Shown here piece by piece: positions 1 to 9,923 of a DNA stretch of 64,000 bases. This DNA is from Anaerolineae bacterium (GTDB lineage: Bacteria > Chloroflexota > Anaerolineae > Anaerolineales > UBA4823): positions 16,715 through 80,714 of the forward strand of contig QEXX01000088.1 in assembly GCA_003130835.1 (NCBI GenBank). The letters are read 5' to 3'. Under the pieces are notes generated by a model, which made no database searches, was not told the DNA's origin, and saw only the letters and a list, made by a program, of their open reading frames with translations. The translations under genes were made by a program, and so were the position numbers. Every line of letters starts with the position of its first letter. Position 1 is the stretch's first letter.

Positions 1-1
1 T

Positions 2-1411
2 GCTTCAGGCGCAGGAGAAGCTTTTGGGGAACTCGGTGGTGAGGATGTCGATATCTATCGCCAAATCTTTGAACAGCTCACCTCCCAAAAGAAACTGTCT
101 TCCGCCGGGGTTGAGCATGACCCTTATTCACAATTATCCGTTCAGGGAGAAATTCTCGCCCTTGTCCAAGATGGTCAGCAAACTCCTGTTGCGCAGACCG
201 GTCAGCGCGTCGAGGTCATCTTACCTCACACCTGCTTTTATTTAGAAAGCGGGGGTCAGGTCTCGGATACCGGCTGGATTCACTCGGTGAACGGCTACGA
301 ATGGGAGATTGAAGTAGAAGATGTGCGTAAACCAGCAGCCGGCATCATCGTGCACATTGGCAAGGTTACCAAAGGGTCACCCAAAGTAGGCGACTTTGCC
401 ATTGCCGAGGTAGATAGCCGCCGGCGACAAGACATTATGCGCAACCATACAGCGACCCATCTGCTTCATCGCCATTTACGACGAGTGCTTGGCGAACACG
501 CTCGCCAGGCCGGTTCATTGGTTGCGCCTGATCGCTTGCGTTTCGATTTTACCCACCCCGAACCGCTAACACCGCAACAATTGCAAGCCATCCAAGATGG
601 GGTGAACCAGGACATCCTGGATGACTACCCCTTACATATCGAATACAAACCACTCCAAAAAGCGATTGAGGATGGGGCAATCGCCCTATTTGGCGAGAAA
701 TACGGCGAGATCGTCCGCAACGTGACCATTGGTGCAGATGAAACGCTTTCGAATGAACTGTGTGGCGGCACGCACGTTGAGCATACTGGTCAAATCAGCC
801 TTTTCTTGATTCTATCCGAAGGCAGTGCAGCAGCCGGCATTCGCCGCATCGAAGCTGTTACCGGACGAAGAGCCTATGAGGTGGCTGCTCAGCGAATGAA
901 CATTCTTTCCCAAGTTGCGGCAAGTTTGTCGGTTTCTCCCGAAAACCTTGTCTCAAAAGTGCAGCGTGTTCTTGAGGATCTCGATACTTCACACAAGCAG
1001 ATTCTGACCCTCAAGCAACAAGTAATTCAACAAGAATTCGAAAAAGAATGGCAAAAGCATCAAAAACGAATTGGGAAGCTCACCTACGTGTCCTTCCATT
1101 TTGCGGATGCTGAACCCCAAACCTTGCGCCAAATCGTGGATTATTTCCGTCAGAAAAACCCCCAAAAAGGCCTCATCGTCTTATCCAGTGAGGTCAATCG
1201 CCGCCCGCAAGTCTTGGTCGGCATCACCGATGATTTGGTAAAGGAGGGTTGGAACGCGATCGATCTCGTCCGTTATCTAGCAGAGCCGCTGGGCGGTGGT
1301 GGAGGGGGGCGCCCCAATCTGGCACAAGCAGGCGGCAAAGATAGTAGCAAGCTCTCTGAGGCGATTACCCGCGCCGAGGCATGGATTTTGAACAAGCTGA
1401 ACGGAGGCTGA
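2..1411 (+). CDS. alaS: Alanine--tRNA ligase, C-terminal part (5' end outside window)
   Basis: Frame is open from position 2 (contains FYLESGGQVSDTG). Editing-domain motifs NHTATHLLH and ELCGGTHV, GIRRIEAVTG, and C-terminal DHHA1 GGGGGRPNLAQAGG. Confidence 0.97.
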   Translation, partial: ASGAGEAFGELGGEDVDIYRQIFEQLTSQKKLSSAGVEHDPYSQLSVQGEILALVQDGQQTPVAQTGQRVEVILPHTCFYLESGGQVSDTGWIHSVNGYEWEIEVEDVRKPAAGIIVHIGKVTKGSPKVGDFAIAEVDSRRRQDIMRNHTATHLLHRHLRRVLGEHARQAGSLVAPDRLRFDFTHPEPLTPQQLQAIQDGVNQDILDDYPLHIEYKPLQKAIEDGAIALFGEKYGEIVRNVTIGADETLSNELCGGTHVEHTGQISLFLILSEGSAAAGIRRIEAVTGRRAYEVAAQRMNILSQVAASLSVSPENLVSKVQRVLEDLDTSHKQILTLKQQVIQQEFEKEWQKHQKRIGKLTYVSFHFADAEPQTLRQIVDYFRQKNPQKGLIVLSSEVNRRPQVLVGITDDLVKEGWNAIDLVRYLAEPLGGGGGGRPNLAQAGGKDSSKLSEAITRAEAWILNKLNGG

Positions 1412-1439
1412 TGTTTCCACCTCCCGTTTCTAGCCATCC

Positions 1440-2963
1440 ATGAAAACACAAATTCTGCAATTAGAAACACATGATGATTTGATTTCTATCCTCGATAAAA
1501 TCGGCTGGACTCAAACCGAACGAGTCTTACTCGTGCTACCTCGCCGCAGGAGAATCCTCAACCACAAATTGGATCTCCTGCGGTTGAAGCGGCACAGCAG
1601 CCAAAGGGGATGTCAGATTGCGATCGTGACCACTGACTCGTTGGTCAAAACACTAGCAAAGGAAGTAAATATCCCCACTTTCCATTCGATTCAAAAAGCC
1701 AACCAAGTGGACTGGCCGACAAGCTTCGAGCCTAAAGATCGCTTCTCGCCAAACAACGACAACGATTTCAAAAGACAACCCCTCGAAGCTCAAAAAGCAG
1801 CCCTTCAAGCCAGCCGGGCAAATCCATCGACGAATGCTTTACCGCTTTGGGCAAGACTCGCTTGGTTTAGCCTTGCCATTTTAGCCGTGATGAGTATTGT
1901 CGGCGTCCTGGCACCGAGCGCCACGATTCGCATCACACCCCCTGTTCAACAACAAAGCCTCACAATCCCGATTCTCGTCACCCGGCGCGTCCAACAAACG
2001 CGTATCTCCGGTGAACTGCCAATTTCCACACTTAAAGTGACGGTCAGCGGACAAAAGACGCTTAAGACGAGCGGTTCTGTTACGATTCCAAAGGATTTCG
2101 CCGTGGGGGAAGTGATTCTAACCAATCTTACTGACCAGCCTCTCGAAGTCCCTGCTGGCACTCCTGTGCGAACGTTAGACCCCACCCCACGCCGCTATGT
2201 TACTCAGCAAACCGTCCTCCTCACGCCAACTGGGGATGAGAAGAGCGCCACCGTTGCTGTTCAAGCGATCGAGAACGGAGCAAGCTTCAATATACCCCCG
2301 AACGCAATCAAAGCCGTTGAAGGGCTTCTGGGATTAAAAATCAGCGTAACCAACCCGCAACCAATCCAAGGCGGAAGCAACCTCATCGCCTCTGCGCCAA
2401 GTCAGCAAGACCGCCAATTACTTTTCCGACAATTGCAAGCTGAACTACTCGAGAAAGCCAAAGACCAAATCAGAAACGACCTCCCAGAGGGAGCTCTCCT
2501 TCTTCCCGACTCAGCAGTGCAAATTCAGGTACTCCGTCAACAGTACACTCCTGAGGAAATCATTCCGTCCGATAGGCTTTCTTTAGATCTCGAAATCGCA
2601 GTTTCGTTTGGCGTTGTTAACCGCCAATCAATCTTAGATTTAGGTGACCAGATTTTTGCCTCTTCTCTGCCGGTTGGCTATCAGCCTATGCGCGAAACCT
2701 TTATCGCCTATTGTCAAACCCCGCTCACTCCCACAAATAGCGGTGATTACACCTGTAATCTCGAAATCTCCCGAAAAGTGCAACAAACGATTGATGCCGA
2801 AGAAGTTCGGCGTTTGGTAATCAGCAAACCGATAGCCATCGCTTCTCAGAGTTTACAACAATCCTACCACTTGACCGAACCACCCCGCATCGAGATGAAG
2901 CCCAACTGGTTTCCAATCCTACCCTTGTTGCCTATGCGAATTGACATCGTGATAGAAAAATGA
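1440..2963 (+). CDS. Membrane-anchored baseplate J/gp47-like domain protein
   Basis: N-terminal soluble domain, one TM helix (WFSLAILAVMSIVGVLA), then beta-rich region with AVGEVILTN..VPAGT, NIPPNAI and VTNPQPIQGG typical of baseplate-J-like proteins. Overlaps ruvX start (ATGA). Confidence 0.6.
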   Translation: MKTQILQLETHDDLISILDKIGWTQTERVLLVLPRRRRILNHKLDLLRLKRHSSQRGCQIAIVTTDSLVKTLAKEVNIPTFHSIQKANQVDWPTSFEPKDRFSPNNDNDFKRQPLEAQKAALQASRANPSTNALPLWARLAWFSLAILAVMSIVGVLAPSATIRITPPVQQQSLTIPILVTRRVQQTRISGELPISTLKVTVSGQKTLKTSGSVTIPKDFAVGEVILTNLTDQPLEVPAGTPVRTLDPTPRRYVTQQTVLLTPTGDEKSATVAVQAIENGASFNIPPNAIKAVEGLLGLKISVTNPQPIQGGSNLIASAPSQQDRQLLFRQLQAELLEKAKDQIRNDLPEGALLLPDSAVQIQVLRQQYTPEEIIPSDRLSLDLEIAVSFGVVNRQSILDLGDQIFASSLPVGYQPMRETFIAYCQTPLTPTNSGDYTCNLEISRKVQQTIDAEEVRRLVISKPIAIASQSLQQSYHLTEPPRIEMKPNWFPILPLLPMRIDIVIEK

Positions 2964-3379
2964 AAATCCTAGCTATTGACCCTGGTCAACAAAGAATCGG
3001 TGTTGCAATTAGCGATGCAAGCGGTAAAGTAGCTTTTCCATTGACGGTCATCCCGCACCAATCAAAACGGGCGGATGCCGAACGGATTCTTGCACTGGCA
3101 CAAGAGCATCAAGTTGGCCTAATCTTGATCGGCCAAGCCTTGGGTCTCGATCAGCAACCCACCTTACAGAGCCGTCGCTCATTTAATTTAGCTCAAACCT
3201 TACAAGCCCTGACAACCATCCCTGTCCGCTTGTGGGATGAGTTTGAAACCACACAAATTGCGCTGCAAGCCCGACAGGAAATGGGCATAAAAGGGAAAAA
3301 GAAAACCAATCCCATCGACGCATTAGCTGCAGTAGTTCTTTTACAATCCTATCTAGATAACAGTTCAACTTCCGAATGA
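2960..3379 (+). CDS. ruvX: Holliday junction resolvase-like / pre-16S rRNA nuclease YqgF
   Basis: ILAIDPGQQRIGVAISD, WDEFETT and IDALAAVVLLQSYL motifs; classic alaS-ruvX-mltG context. Confidence 0.93.
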   Translation: MKILAIDPGQQRIGVAISDASGKVAFPLTVIPHQSKRADAERILALAQEHQVGLILIGQALGLDQQPTLQSRRSFNLAQTLQALTTIPVRLWDEFETTQIALQARQEMGIKGKKKTNPIDALAAVVLLQSYLDNSSTSE

Positions 3380-4524
3380 TGACTTCATCCAAACGCTTTC
3401 TTCCATGCTTCATCCTTGTTGTCGTGATTCTCTTGTGTGTTTTTACGGTCAGTCTTATGACCTACAGCCTGTTTTTTATTCAGAGAGAAGTTGAGCAAAC
3501 TTTCGGAAAAGCTCCTGCGCATCTCGATCCTCCACAGAAACTTCGGTTTCAAGTTTTGCTCTATGTCCATCGCAAAACCCTATTAACTCCGCTCAACCCC
3601 AACGCCCCCTTACAATCTTTCACCATTTCCCCGAATGAACCAACCCAGCGCATCCTACAGCGATTAGCCGAAGAAGGCATAATTTCAGACCCGCAAGCAT
3701 TGCAAATCTTCATGCAATACCAGAATTACGACACCCAAATCCAAAGCGGGGAACATCTCTTGAGCCCCGCAATGAGTCCGCAGCAAATTGCCCAAGCTCT
3801 TATCGATCCAGCTAACCTGCTGATTCAGTTTAACCTATTGGCTGGATGGAGAAATGAAGAAGTCGCAGCAGCGCTGGCAGCCTCTGGCCTCAGTTTCTCC
3901 GCCCAAGCGTTCTTAGACGCAGCCGATCAACCCCTTGAGCTTTTCCTTCCACAACGAATATCCACAGCATCGATTCGCAATCTACAAGGTTTCTTAATGC
4001 CGGCCACATACCGGCTCTTAAAGAATGCGTCCCCAGAGGAATTGCTCAGTCTATTTACCCAAAACTTTAACACTCAGGTTACAACGGAGCTTGAGCACAA
4101 GTTCCAAGAACAAGGATTATCGCTCTATGAAGGCATCATCCTTGCCTCAATTGTCCAACGGGAAAGCATGCTTGAAGAAGAAATGCCCCTTATCGCCTCG
4201 GTATTTCTCAATCGGCTGCGCGCCCAAATGAAGCTAGATTCGGACGCCACGGTTCAGTACGCTCTAGGATACAACGAAGCCCAAAAAACCTGGTGGACCA
4301 ATCCTCTGAGTACAGCCGATTTTTCAATTGACTCGCCCTATAATACCTACCGATATGCTGGCTTACCCCCTACGCCAATCTGCAATCCCGGTTTGACCGC
4401 TATCCGCGCAGTTGCTGAAGCGCCGCAGACAGATTATTTTTACTTCCGCGCCGCTTGTGACGGTAGTGGCCGGCATCTGTTTGCCAATACCTACGCCGAA
4501 CATCTCGAAAATGCTTGTCCTTAA
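3376..4524 (+). CDS. mltG: Endolytic transglycosylase MltG (YceG family)
   Basis: N-terminal TM; LASIVQRE catalytic Glu, VFLNRL, LDSDATVQY and SPYNTYRYAGLPPTPICNPG. Confidence 0.93.
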   Translation: MMTSSKRFLPCFILVVVILLCVFTVSLMTYSLFFIQREVEQTFGKAPAHLDPPQKLRFQVLLYVHRKTLLTPLNPNAPLQSFTISPNEPTQRILQRLAEEGIISDPQALQIFMQYQNYDTQIQSGEHLLSPAMSPQQIAQALIDPANLLIQFNLLAGWRNEEVAAALAASGLSFSAQAFLDAADQPLELFLPQRISTASIRNLQGFLMPATYRLLKNASPEELLSLFTQNFNTQVTTELEHKFQEQGLSLYEGIILASIVQRESMLEEEMPLIASVFLNRLRAQMKLDSDATVQYALGYNEAQKTWWTNPLSTADFSIDSPYNTYRYAGLPPTPICNPGLTAIRAVAEAPQTDYFYFRAACDGSGRHLFANTYAEHLENACP

Positions 4525-4529
4525 ACGAA

Positions 4530-4567
4530 ATGCGTGTGGAGGAAGTTAAGCCTTTCTCCACACGCAT
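4530..4567. terminator. Hairpin between convergent mltG and aminotransferase genes
   Basis: ATGCGTGTGGAGGAAG-6 nt-CTTTCTCCACACGCAT inverted repeat; no clear U-tract. Confidence 0.6.
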
Positions 4568-4585
4568 AGCCCATCGCCGATTGAC

Positions 4586-5872
4586 TTAAGCCGCTTCGAG
4601 CTCTTTCATTTTCTCTCGAATGACATTTCCCAACCGATAGATCCCTTCCTCGATTTTTTCCGGGGTAGCATTCGAGAAATTCAAACGCATGGTATTGTGC
4701 CCACCGCCGCCTGGGTAAAAACTCTCACCCGGCACAAAGGCTACTTTTTGCGCAATGGCTTCTTTTAGCACCTCTTTGGCGTCTAAATACTCTGGCATTG
4801 TCCCCCATAAGAACAGCCCTCCTTCGGGTTGAGTCCAATCCACTTCAGGCGGGAAGTAGCGGTCCATCGCTGAGAGCATCACATCCCGCCGCTCACGATA
4901 GACGCGGCGGATCAATTTTACATGCTCATCCAGAAATCCGCCTTTGGAGACCTCGTGCGCGACCAGTTGGTTGAAGGTTGCGGTATGCAAGTCTTCGCCT
5001 TGTTTGGCTTCCACCATTTTGCGAATCACTTCAGGAGGAGCAACCACCCACGCTAAGCGTAAACCGGGGGCTAAGATTTTCGAAAAGGTGCTGAGGTAAA
5101 TCACATTGCCACGATAACAGCGATCGTGATTACCACGATACTGGCTATCCACAACAACAATGGAGGGTAAATGCTCCCCTTCAAAACGCAACTGCCCATA
5201 GGGATCGTCTTCAACGATCGGCACACCAAAACGATTTGCCAATTCCACCAATTGATAGCGACGTTCTAAGGAGAGCGTCACTCCAGTCGGATTTTGGAAA
5301 TTCGGGAGTACATAGATAAACTTGGGTCCGTACCGTAGCGCCTCTTCCAAGGCATCGGTGATCATGCCATGTTTATCGGAAGGTACCGCCACATACTCTG
5401 CGCCATAGGCATTCCAAGCTTGCAGGGCTCCCAAATAGGTGGGCGATTCAACCAAAATGCGATCGCCGCGATTGATAAACACCTTTCCGATTAAGTCCAG
5501 CGCTTGTTGTGAACCGGATGTAATCAGAATGTTCTCCGGATTTATCGTGATCCCATAACGCGCAGTATGGCGAGCAATCTGCTCACGCAAAGGTAAAAAG
5601 CCTTCGGTGGTGCTGTATTGCAACGCTTGCGCGCCATGATCGCGAAGAACCTTCTGACAGGCTTCAGCAAAACGCTCAATTGGGAAGACCTCAGGTGCTG
5701 GTAAACCCCCTGCAAAGGAGATGATGTCGGGTTGCTCGGTAAGCTTCAACAACTCCCTTACTGCAGAGCTTCCCATGCGTTTTGTGCGATGGGCGTAACG
5801 ATGATCCCACGGAGTCTGTAAACCTCTTTCGTCTCGAAATGCACCCGTTACTTTGACCGCGGGTCTAACCAT
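4586..5872 (-). CDS. PLP-dependent class I/II aminotransferase (2-aminoadipate transaminase/LysN-like)
   Basis: ISFAGGLPAPEVFP, PNFQNPTG, VEDDPYG, STFSKILAPGLRLAW (PLP Lys) and MRLNFS; SD AAGGAGG upstream. Confidence 0.9.
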   Translation of the reverse strand: MVRPAVKVTGAFRDERGLQTPWDHRYAHRTKRMGSSAVRELLKLTEQPDIISFAGGLPAPEVFPIERFAEACQKVLRDHGAQALQYSTTEGFLPLREQIARHTARYGITINPENILITSGSQQALDLIGKVFINRGDRILVESPTYLGALQAWNAYGAEYVAVPSDKHGMITDALEEALRYGPKFIYVLPNFQNPTGVTLSLERRYQLVELANRFGVPIVEDDPYGQLRFEGEHLPSIVVVDSQYRGNHDRCYRGNVIYLSTFSKILAPGLRLAWVVAPPEVIRKMVEAKQGEDLHTATFNQLVAHEVSKGGFLDEHVKLIRRVYRERRDVMLSAMDRYFPPEVDWTQPEGGLFLWGTMPEYLDAKEVLKEAIAQKVAFVPGESFYPGGGGHNTMRLNFSNATPEKIEEGIYRLGNVIREKMKELEAA

Positions 5873-5901
5873 TTAGAAACCTCCTTCCTTTGTGGAAACA
5901 A

Positions 5902-8900
5902 CTATTTTGGAAAACGGCTTAGAACAACCGCCTCACTCGGCAAAATGGATTTCTCTCCAAGCGTTAAGGACGACGGAGCTTTGATCGCTTTATCGGGAGA
6001 GCCTTGATAGATCAAAATGCGCGTGCCTTCTTCGGCAGCTTTCAACTCAACGTATGCTTGTCCGGTGAGATTCCCTTGTTGATCGATCGCACAACTGGTG
6101 ACCCAACCGATCACTCGTCCGCGTTTATCCAAGACCGGATCACCACCGTGCGCCATACGGACTCCCTTCTCTAAGAATTGAAAGCGAACCACCACCCCTT
6201 TGCGTGTTTTTTCTCGCTCAACAAATGCCTGCCGTCCGATAAACCAGGGTTTATGCAACTTAACATAACTTCCAAAACCACCCTCTGCCACGCCCAAGTC
6301 TCGTTCGCCGCGTTTTCCAGAGCCTTCACCCATCTCATGTCCATACAGTGGCAAGCCAGCCTCAGTGCGCAGTGAATCGCGCGCCCCTAATCCAACCGGT
6401 TTGATCCCAAAGGGTTCTCCCTTTTCCAACAAGGCTTTGAACAATTCTGCTGCCCGATCGGGATGAACAAATAGCTCAAAAGCCATCTTTTCACCCGTAT
6501 AGCCAGTGCGAGAAACAATCAAATCAAATCCACCAACGGTCGCATCGCATAACTCAGTTCGCTTGAGAGCAAAGATTTTCTTGCGCGTCTCAGGGTCAAC
6601 GCCCAGAGCCAGTAAAATTTCTCGAGATTTTGGACCCTGCAGAGCAATATCCACCCGCATATCTTTGCCCTCTCTTGGATCGCGCAGGTTGCGCAAGCGA
6701 GCTTTACGGCCAAAAGCCCGCGCCCACGGCCGTTGACGGTCAATACATACTTTCCCCTCTAAAACCGCATTCAGCCATGCCCAATCCTTGTCATCATTTG
6801 AAGCGTTGACCACTACCAAAAAGGCATCCAAAGCCCGGCGGTAGACCAAGGTATCATCAATCACATTGGCGTCCGGATCGAGGAAATGGGTATAGCAGGA
6901 CTCCCCCACTTCTAATCCTCCAATGTCATTGCCACACACGCTATCAAGAAACGCTGCTGCATCTGCCCCCTCAACCTGATAGACCCCCATGTGGGCAACA
7001 TCGAATAAACCGGCTGCCGTACGCGTGGCTTGATGCTCCTCAATCACTGAGCTATACCAAACTGGCATCTCCCATCCTGCAAAGGGAATCAACTTTGCCC
7101 CCAATTGACGATGCAAATCATAAAGAGGCGTTCGTTTTAGCTCCCCCTCGCTTTGAGTCCACTGAAAATCTGGCTTTGCCTCCCCGCTATCGGCTGTCAT
7201 GCCAATATAATAAGGTTTTTCGGCAGGATGGTTCGACCTTGAAGCCTGAACCGCTTGCGCATTGAGCTTTTCTTTGATGACGACCGGCCCCGGTAGCTTC
7301 TTCATCACCCGATCGGTTGCACCTTCTGCCTGATCAAAATCAACATATCCATCGGACAAGGCGCGCAGCCAGGCTGCAAAATAGGCGGCCTCTTTGGCCG
7401 GCAGGATTAAGTCAAATTCTCTTTCGGCTCGGCAGGCTAACGTACCTTCCACACTTCTTTGGGGCGCTCGAATTTTCACCTGACAGGCCTCACCAACATC
7501 GAGCGTGGAGACATCGACATCGGTCGCGTAATTCAGAAATTGACGGACAGCATCCCCTTTGATGACAAAGGAAACCATCCCAGTCTCTGAGAGATAAGAA
7601 TCATCGACAAAGTAATAATGGGGATAGCCATGGCGAGTGACTTCAAGATCTGAGCCAGCCTGTTCAGCTAATTGTCGCACTTGAATCTTGACCGACTCGA
7701 GCGTATCGAAATCGACTTTCGCCCGCCGCAGATTGGCAACCCGCACAGCGTACGTATAAGGTTTGGTCGCCCCTAAAACCTGCACGATGAACTCTGCTAC
7801 CTTGCGCATCTGTTCTTCCTTGAAGCCGCGTTGGGTCACCCAAGGGGTTCCCATCCGAATTCCAGAAGGGTCAGCAGCCGAACTATCACCCGGTATCGTG
7901 TTGCGATTTACCACAATTCCAGCAATATCCAAAATCCGTGCAGCTTGATCACCTGAAAGGGCAGTTCCATCTGCCCCGATAAAGGTGCGGCAGTCTAAAT
8001 TGGTCAAATGGGTGTTGGTGCCGCCATAAGAAATTCGGCAGCCAAGCTCTCTTAATCGCTCGGTCAAAGCGATACAGTTCTTAACCACCTGAGCTTGCAA
8101 CTGGCGAAACTGCTCGGTTTTGGCAAGCTTAAATGCCAAAGCCATCGCCGCAATTGTGCTGACGTGCGGCCCGCCTTGCTCTCCTGGAAAGACAGCCCGG
8201 TCAATCTTCTTGGCTAAGGAAGCATCTGTTGTCAGAATACACGCTCCGCGTGGGCCGCATAGGGATTTATGAGTGGTAAAGGTGATCACATCTGCATAGC
8301 CAAGCGGAGATGGGTAAACACCGGCTGCAACCAACCCTGCCACATGGGCAATATCTGCCAGTAGGTAAGCCCCAACCGAATGAGCGATCCTGGCAAAGCG
8401 TTCCCAATCGACCGACCAGGGATAAGACGAGTAACCGGCAATGATAAGCTTCGGGCGAACCTGCTCAGCCAATGCTTGGATACTATCGTAATTGATTTGT
8501 TCTGTTTCGGGATCAACAGTGTAATGATAGGCTTGATAAAACTTTCCAGAACGATTGACCGAAGAACCATGCGTTAGGTGACCACCATGCAGCAAACTCA
8601 TCCCCAAGATTGGGTCACCAGGGTTGAGCAAAGCATGAAAAACAGCGTTGTTTGCCGGTGCACCGGAAAGCGCTTGAACATTGACAAAGATATCGTCGGC
8701 ACCTACGCGCTCGTTGGCAAATAATTCGGCACAGCGCCGTCTAGCGAGCATTTCTACAACGTCAGCATATTCTACCCCTTTATAGTAGCGCGGATCGGAA
8801 TAACGCCGATAGGAGGAAAGTTGAAAATCATAATCCAAGATTTGGCTTTCCGTGTAGACACGGCTCTCCTCCGGGGGATAGCCTTCGGCATAGATGTTTT

Positions 8901-9060
8901 GAAAAGAAGAGCTTAAGATTTCCCGCACCGCCAGGGGAGCTGTACTTTCGCTGGGAATCAAGATCAGCTTACGGACTTGCCGTTCCGATTCTAGGTCTAA
9001 GAGTTCTTTGAGCTCTCTGTCAAAGTCTGCAACGGAACCGCGGAATAGATAGTCAGCCAT
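5902..9060 (-). CDS. glyA-gcvT: Fused serine hydroxymethyltransferase / glycine cleavage T protein
   Basis: N half: YAEGYP, GGHLTHG, TTHKSLCGPRG (PLP Lys), FPGEQGGP. C half: KRTPLYDLH, FAGWEMPVWY, GLFDVAHMG, SRTGYTGE, GLGARDSLRTEAGLPLYGHE. One continuous ORF. Confidence 0.93.
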   Translation of the reverse strand: MADYLFRGSVADFDRELKELLDLESERQVRKLILIPSESTAPLAVREILSSSFQNIYAEGYPPEESRVYTESQILDYDFQLSSYRRYSDPRYYKGVEYADVVEMLARRRCAELFANERVGADDIFVNVQALSGAPANNAVFHALLNPGDPILGMSLLHGGHLTHGSSVNRSGKFYQAYHYTVDPETEQINYDSIQALAEQVRPKLIIAGYSSYPWSVDWERFARIAHSVGAYLLADIAHVAGLVAAGVYPSPLGYADVITFTTHKSLCGPRGACILTTDASLAKKIDRAVFPGEQGGPHVSTIAAMALAFKLAKTEQFRQLQAQVVKNCIALTERLRELGCRISYGGTNTHLTNLDCRTFIGADGTALSGDQAARILDIAGIVVNRNTIPGDSSAADPSGIRMGTPWVTQRGFKEEQMRKVAEFIVQVLGATKPYTYAVRVANLRRAKVDFDTLESVKIQVRQLAEQAGSDLEVTRHGYPHYYFVDDSYLSETGMVSFVIKGDAVRQFLNYATDVDVSTLDVGEACQVKIRAPQRSVEGTLACRAEREFDLILPAKEAAYFAAWLRALSDGYVDFDQAEGATDRVMKKLPGPVVIKEKLNAQAVQASRSNHPAEKPYYIGMTADSGEAKPDFQWTQSEGELKRTPLYDLHRQLGAKLIPFAGWEMPVWYSSVIEEHQATRTAAGLFDVAHMGVYQVEGADAAAFLDSVCGNDIGGLEVGESCYTHFLDPDANVIDDTLVYRRALDAFLVVVNASNDDKDWAWLNAVLEGKVCIDRQRPWARAFGRKARLRNLRDPREGKDMRVDIALQGPKSREILLALGVDPETRKKIFALKRTELCDATVGGFDLIVSRTGYTGEKMAFELFVHPDRAAELFKALLEKGEPFGIKPVGLGARDSLRTEAGLPLYGHEMGEGSGKRGERDLGVAEGGFGSYVKLHKPWFIGRQAFVEREKTRKGVVVRFQFLEKGVRMAHGGDPVLDKRGRVIGWVTSCAIDQQGNLTGQAYVELKAAEEGTRILIYQGSPDKAIKAPSSLTLGEKSILPSEAVVLSRFPK

Positions 9061-9159
9061 TAGATACTCCTCGTAGGATAAATTTTGGAATATTCGAATT
9101 TAATCCAAAAAATTGCGTTAAGGATTCAATTCTGGAATAAGGGCAATCAGCTTTCTGAC

Positions 9160-9558
9160 TTATGGAATGATCCCCCCGCATGAAACCTTGTCTTTGGGTG
9201 ATTTGGCAAATTGTTCTTTCCATTCTTTTCCATCGAGGTATAACTTGCACTTTAAGTCTCCTGTCTGAGTCGGATTGCCAACTGTAAGAACGACAATCAT
9301 CCCCTTTGGGAAATTCATCGTTTTATGCCACGGTACAGAGATTTCTATCAAGCCCGTCTTCGATCCATCTGGCTGAGTATAAGTCACCACAGCAGTAGAA
9401 GCGCTACCTTCGACCCGATAAGTAATTGAACGGTATCCCTCTGGTCTTGAATTAAAAACCCCTAGAAGATAATAAATGAGAGCCGCAATACCCAAGACCA
9501 AAGCGATGATCAAGAATTGGGCAGCCAGTCCTGTCCTCGATTTAACCGTTAGAGACAT
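9160..9558 (-). CDS. Small membrane protein with MmpS-like Ig-fold domain
   Basis: N-terminal TM, then ITYRVEG..VTY..PW and a C-terminal Cys pair, resembling the MmpS family. Confidence 0.55.
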   Translation of the reverse strand: MSLTVKSRTGLAAQFLIIALVLGIAALIYYLLGVFNSRPEGYRSITYRVEGSASTAVVTYTQPDGSKTGLIEISVPWHKTMNFPKGMIVVLTVGNPTQTGDLKCKLYLDGKEWKEQFAKSPKDKVSCGGIIP

Positions 9559-9623
9559 CTTTTCCTACACGATAATCATCCTCTTCGATTTTATTCCTAT
9601 GAATCCTTTCGGTCAAGTTAATA

Positions 9624-9661
9624 AAATCATCCTATGAAGGATGAACTTCATAGGATGATTT
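9624..9661 (-). terminator. Intrinsic terminator of tRNA-Val
   Basis: Perfect 16-bp inverted repeat AAATCATCCTATGAAG-6-CTTCATAGGATGATTT, running into a T-rich tract on the minus strand directly after the tRNA. Confidence 0.8.
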
Positions 9662-9665
9662 CTGA

Positions 9666-9739
9666 TGGGCGGAAAGGGACTCGAACCCCCGACCTCCTCT
9701 GTGTAAGAGAGGCGCTCTAACCAACTGAGCTATCCGCCC
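9666..9739 (-). tRNA. tRNA-Val(TAC)
   Basis: Reverse complement GGGCGGATAGCTCAGTTGGTTAGAGCGCCTCTCTTACACAGAGGAGGTCGGGGGTTCGAGTCCCTTTCCGCCCA folds as a cloverleaf; anticodon TAC; CCA not encoded. Confidence 0.97.
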
Positions 9740-9851
9740 ATTCACCCTTATATTATACCCGAAATTCCCTTCTTCACCCTTAAGTTATCCCATGACCAGA
9801 CCGATCATTTATCGATTCTAATTGAAGATTCATTTAGAATTTCAGAAAAGA

Positions 9852-9880
9852 TTGCATTTGAATGAAAAGTATGGTAATAT
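9852..9880 (+). promoter_or_regulatory. Sigma70-type promoter of the RpiR-family gene
   Basis: TTGCAT-17 nt-TAATAT with extended -10 TG; SD GAGGAG before ATG 9924. Confidence 0.55.
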
Positions 9881-9923
9881 TTATTGAAAGGTTTGGTTTT
9901 CCTTTGTATTATGAGGAGTTGAA

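Noticed and set aside
1440-2963. Prophage or contractile injection system suggested by the baseplate-J-like gene
   Set aside because: No other tail, sheath, capsid, terminase or integrase genes; the gene is embedded in a housekeeping operon.
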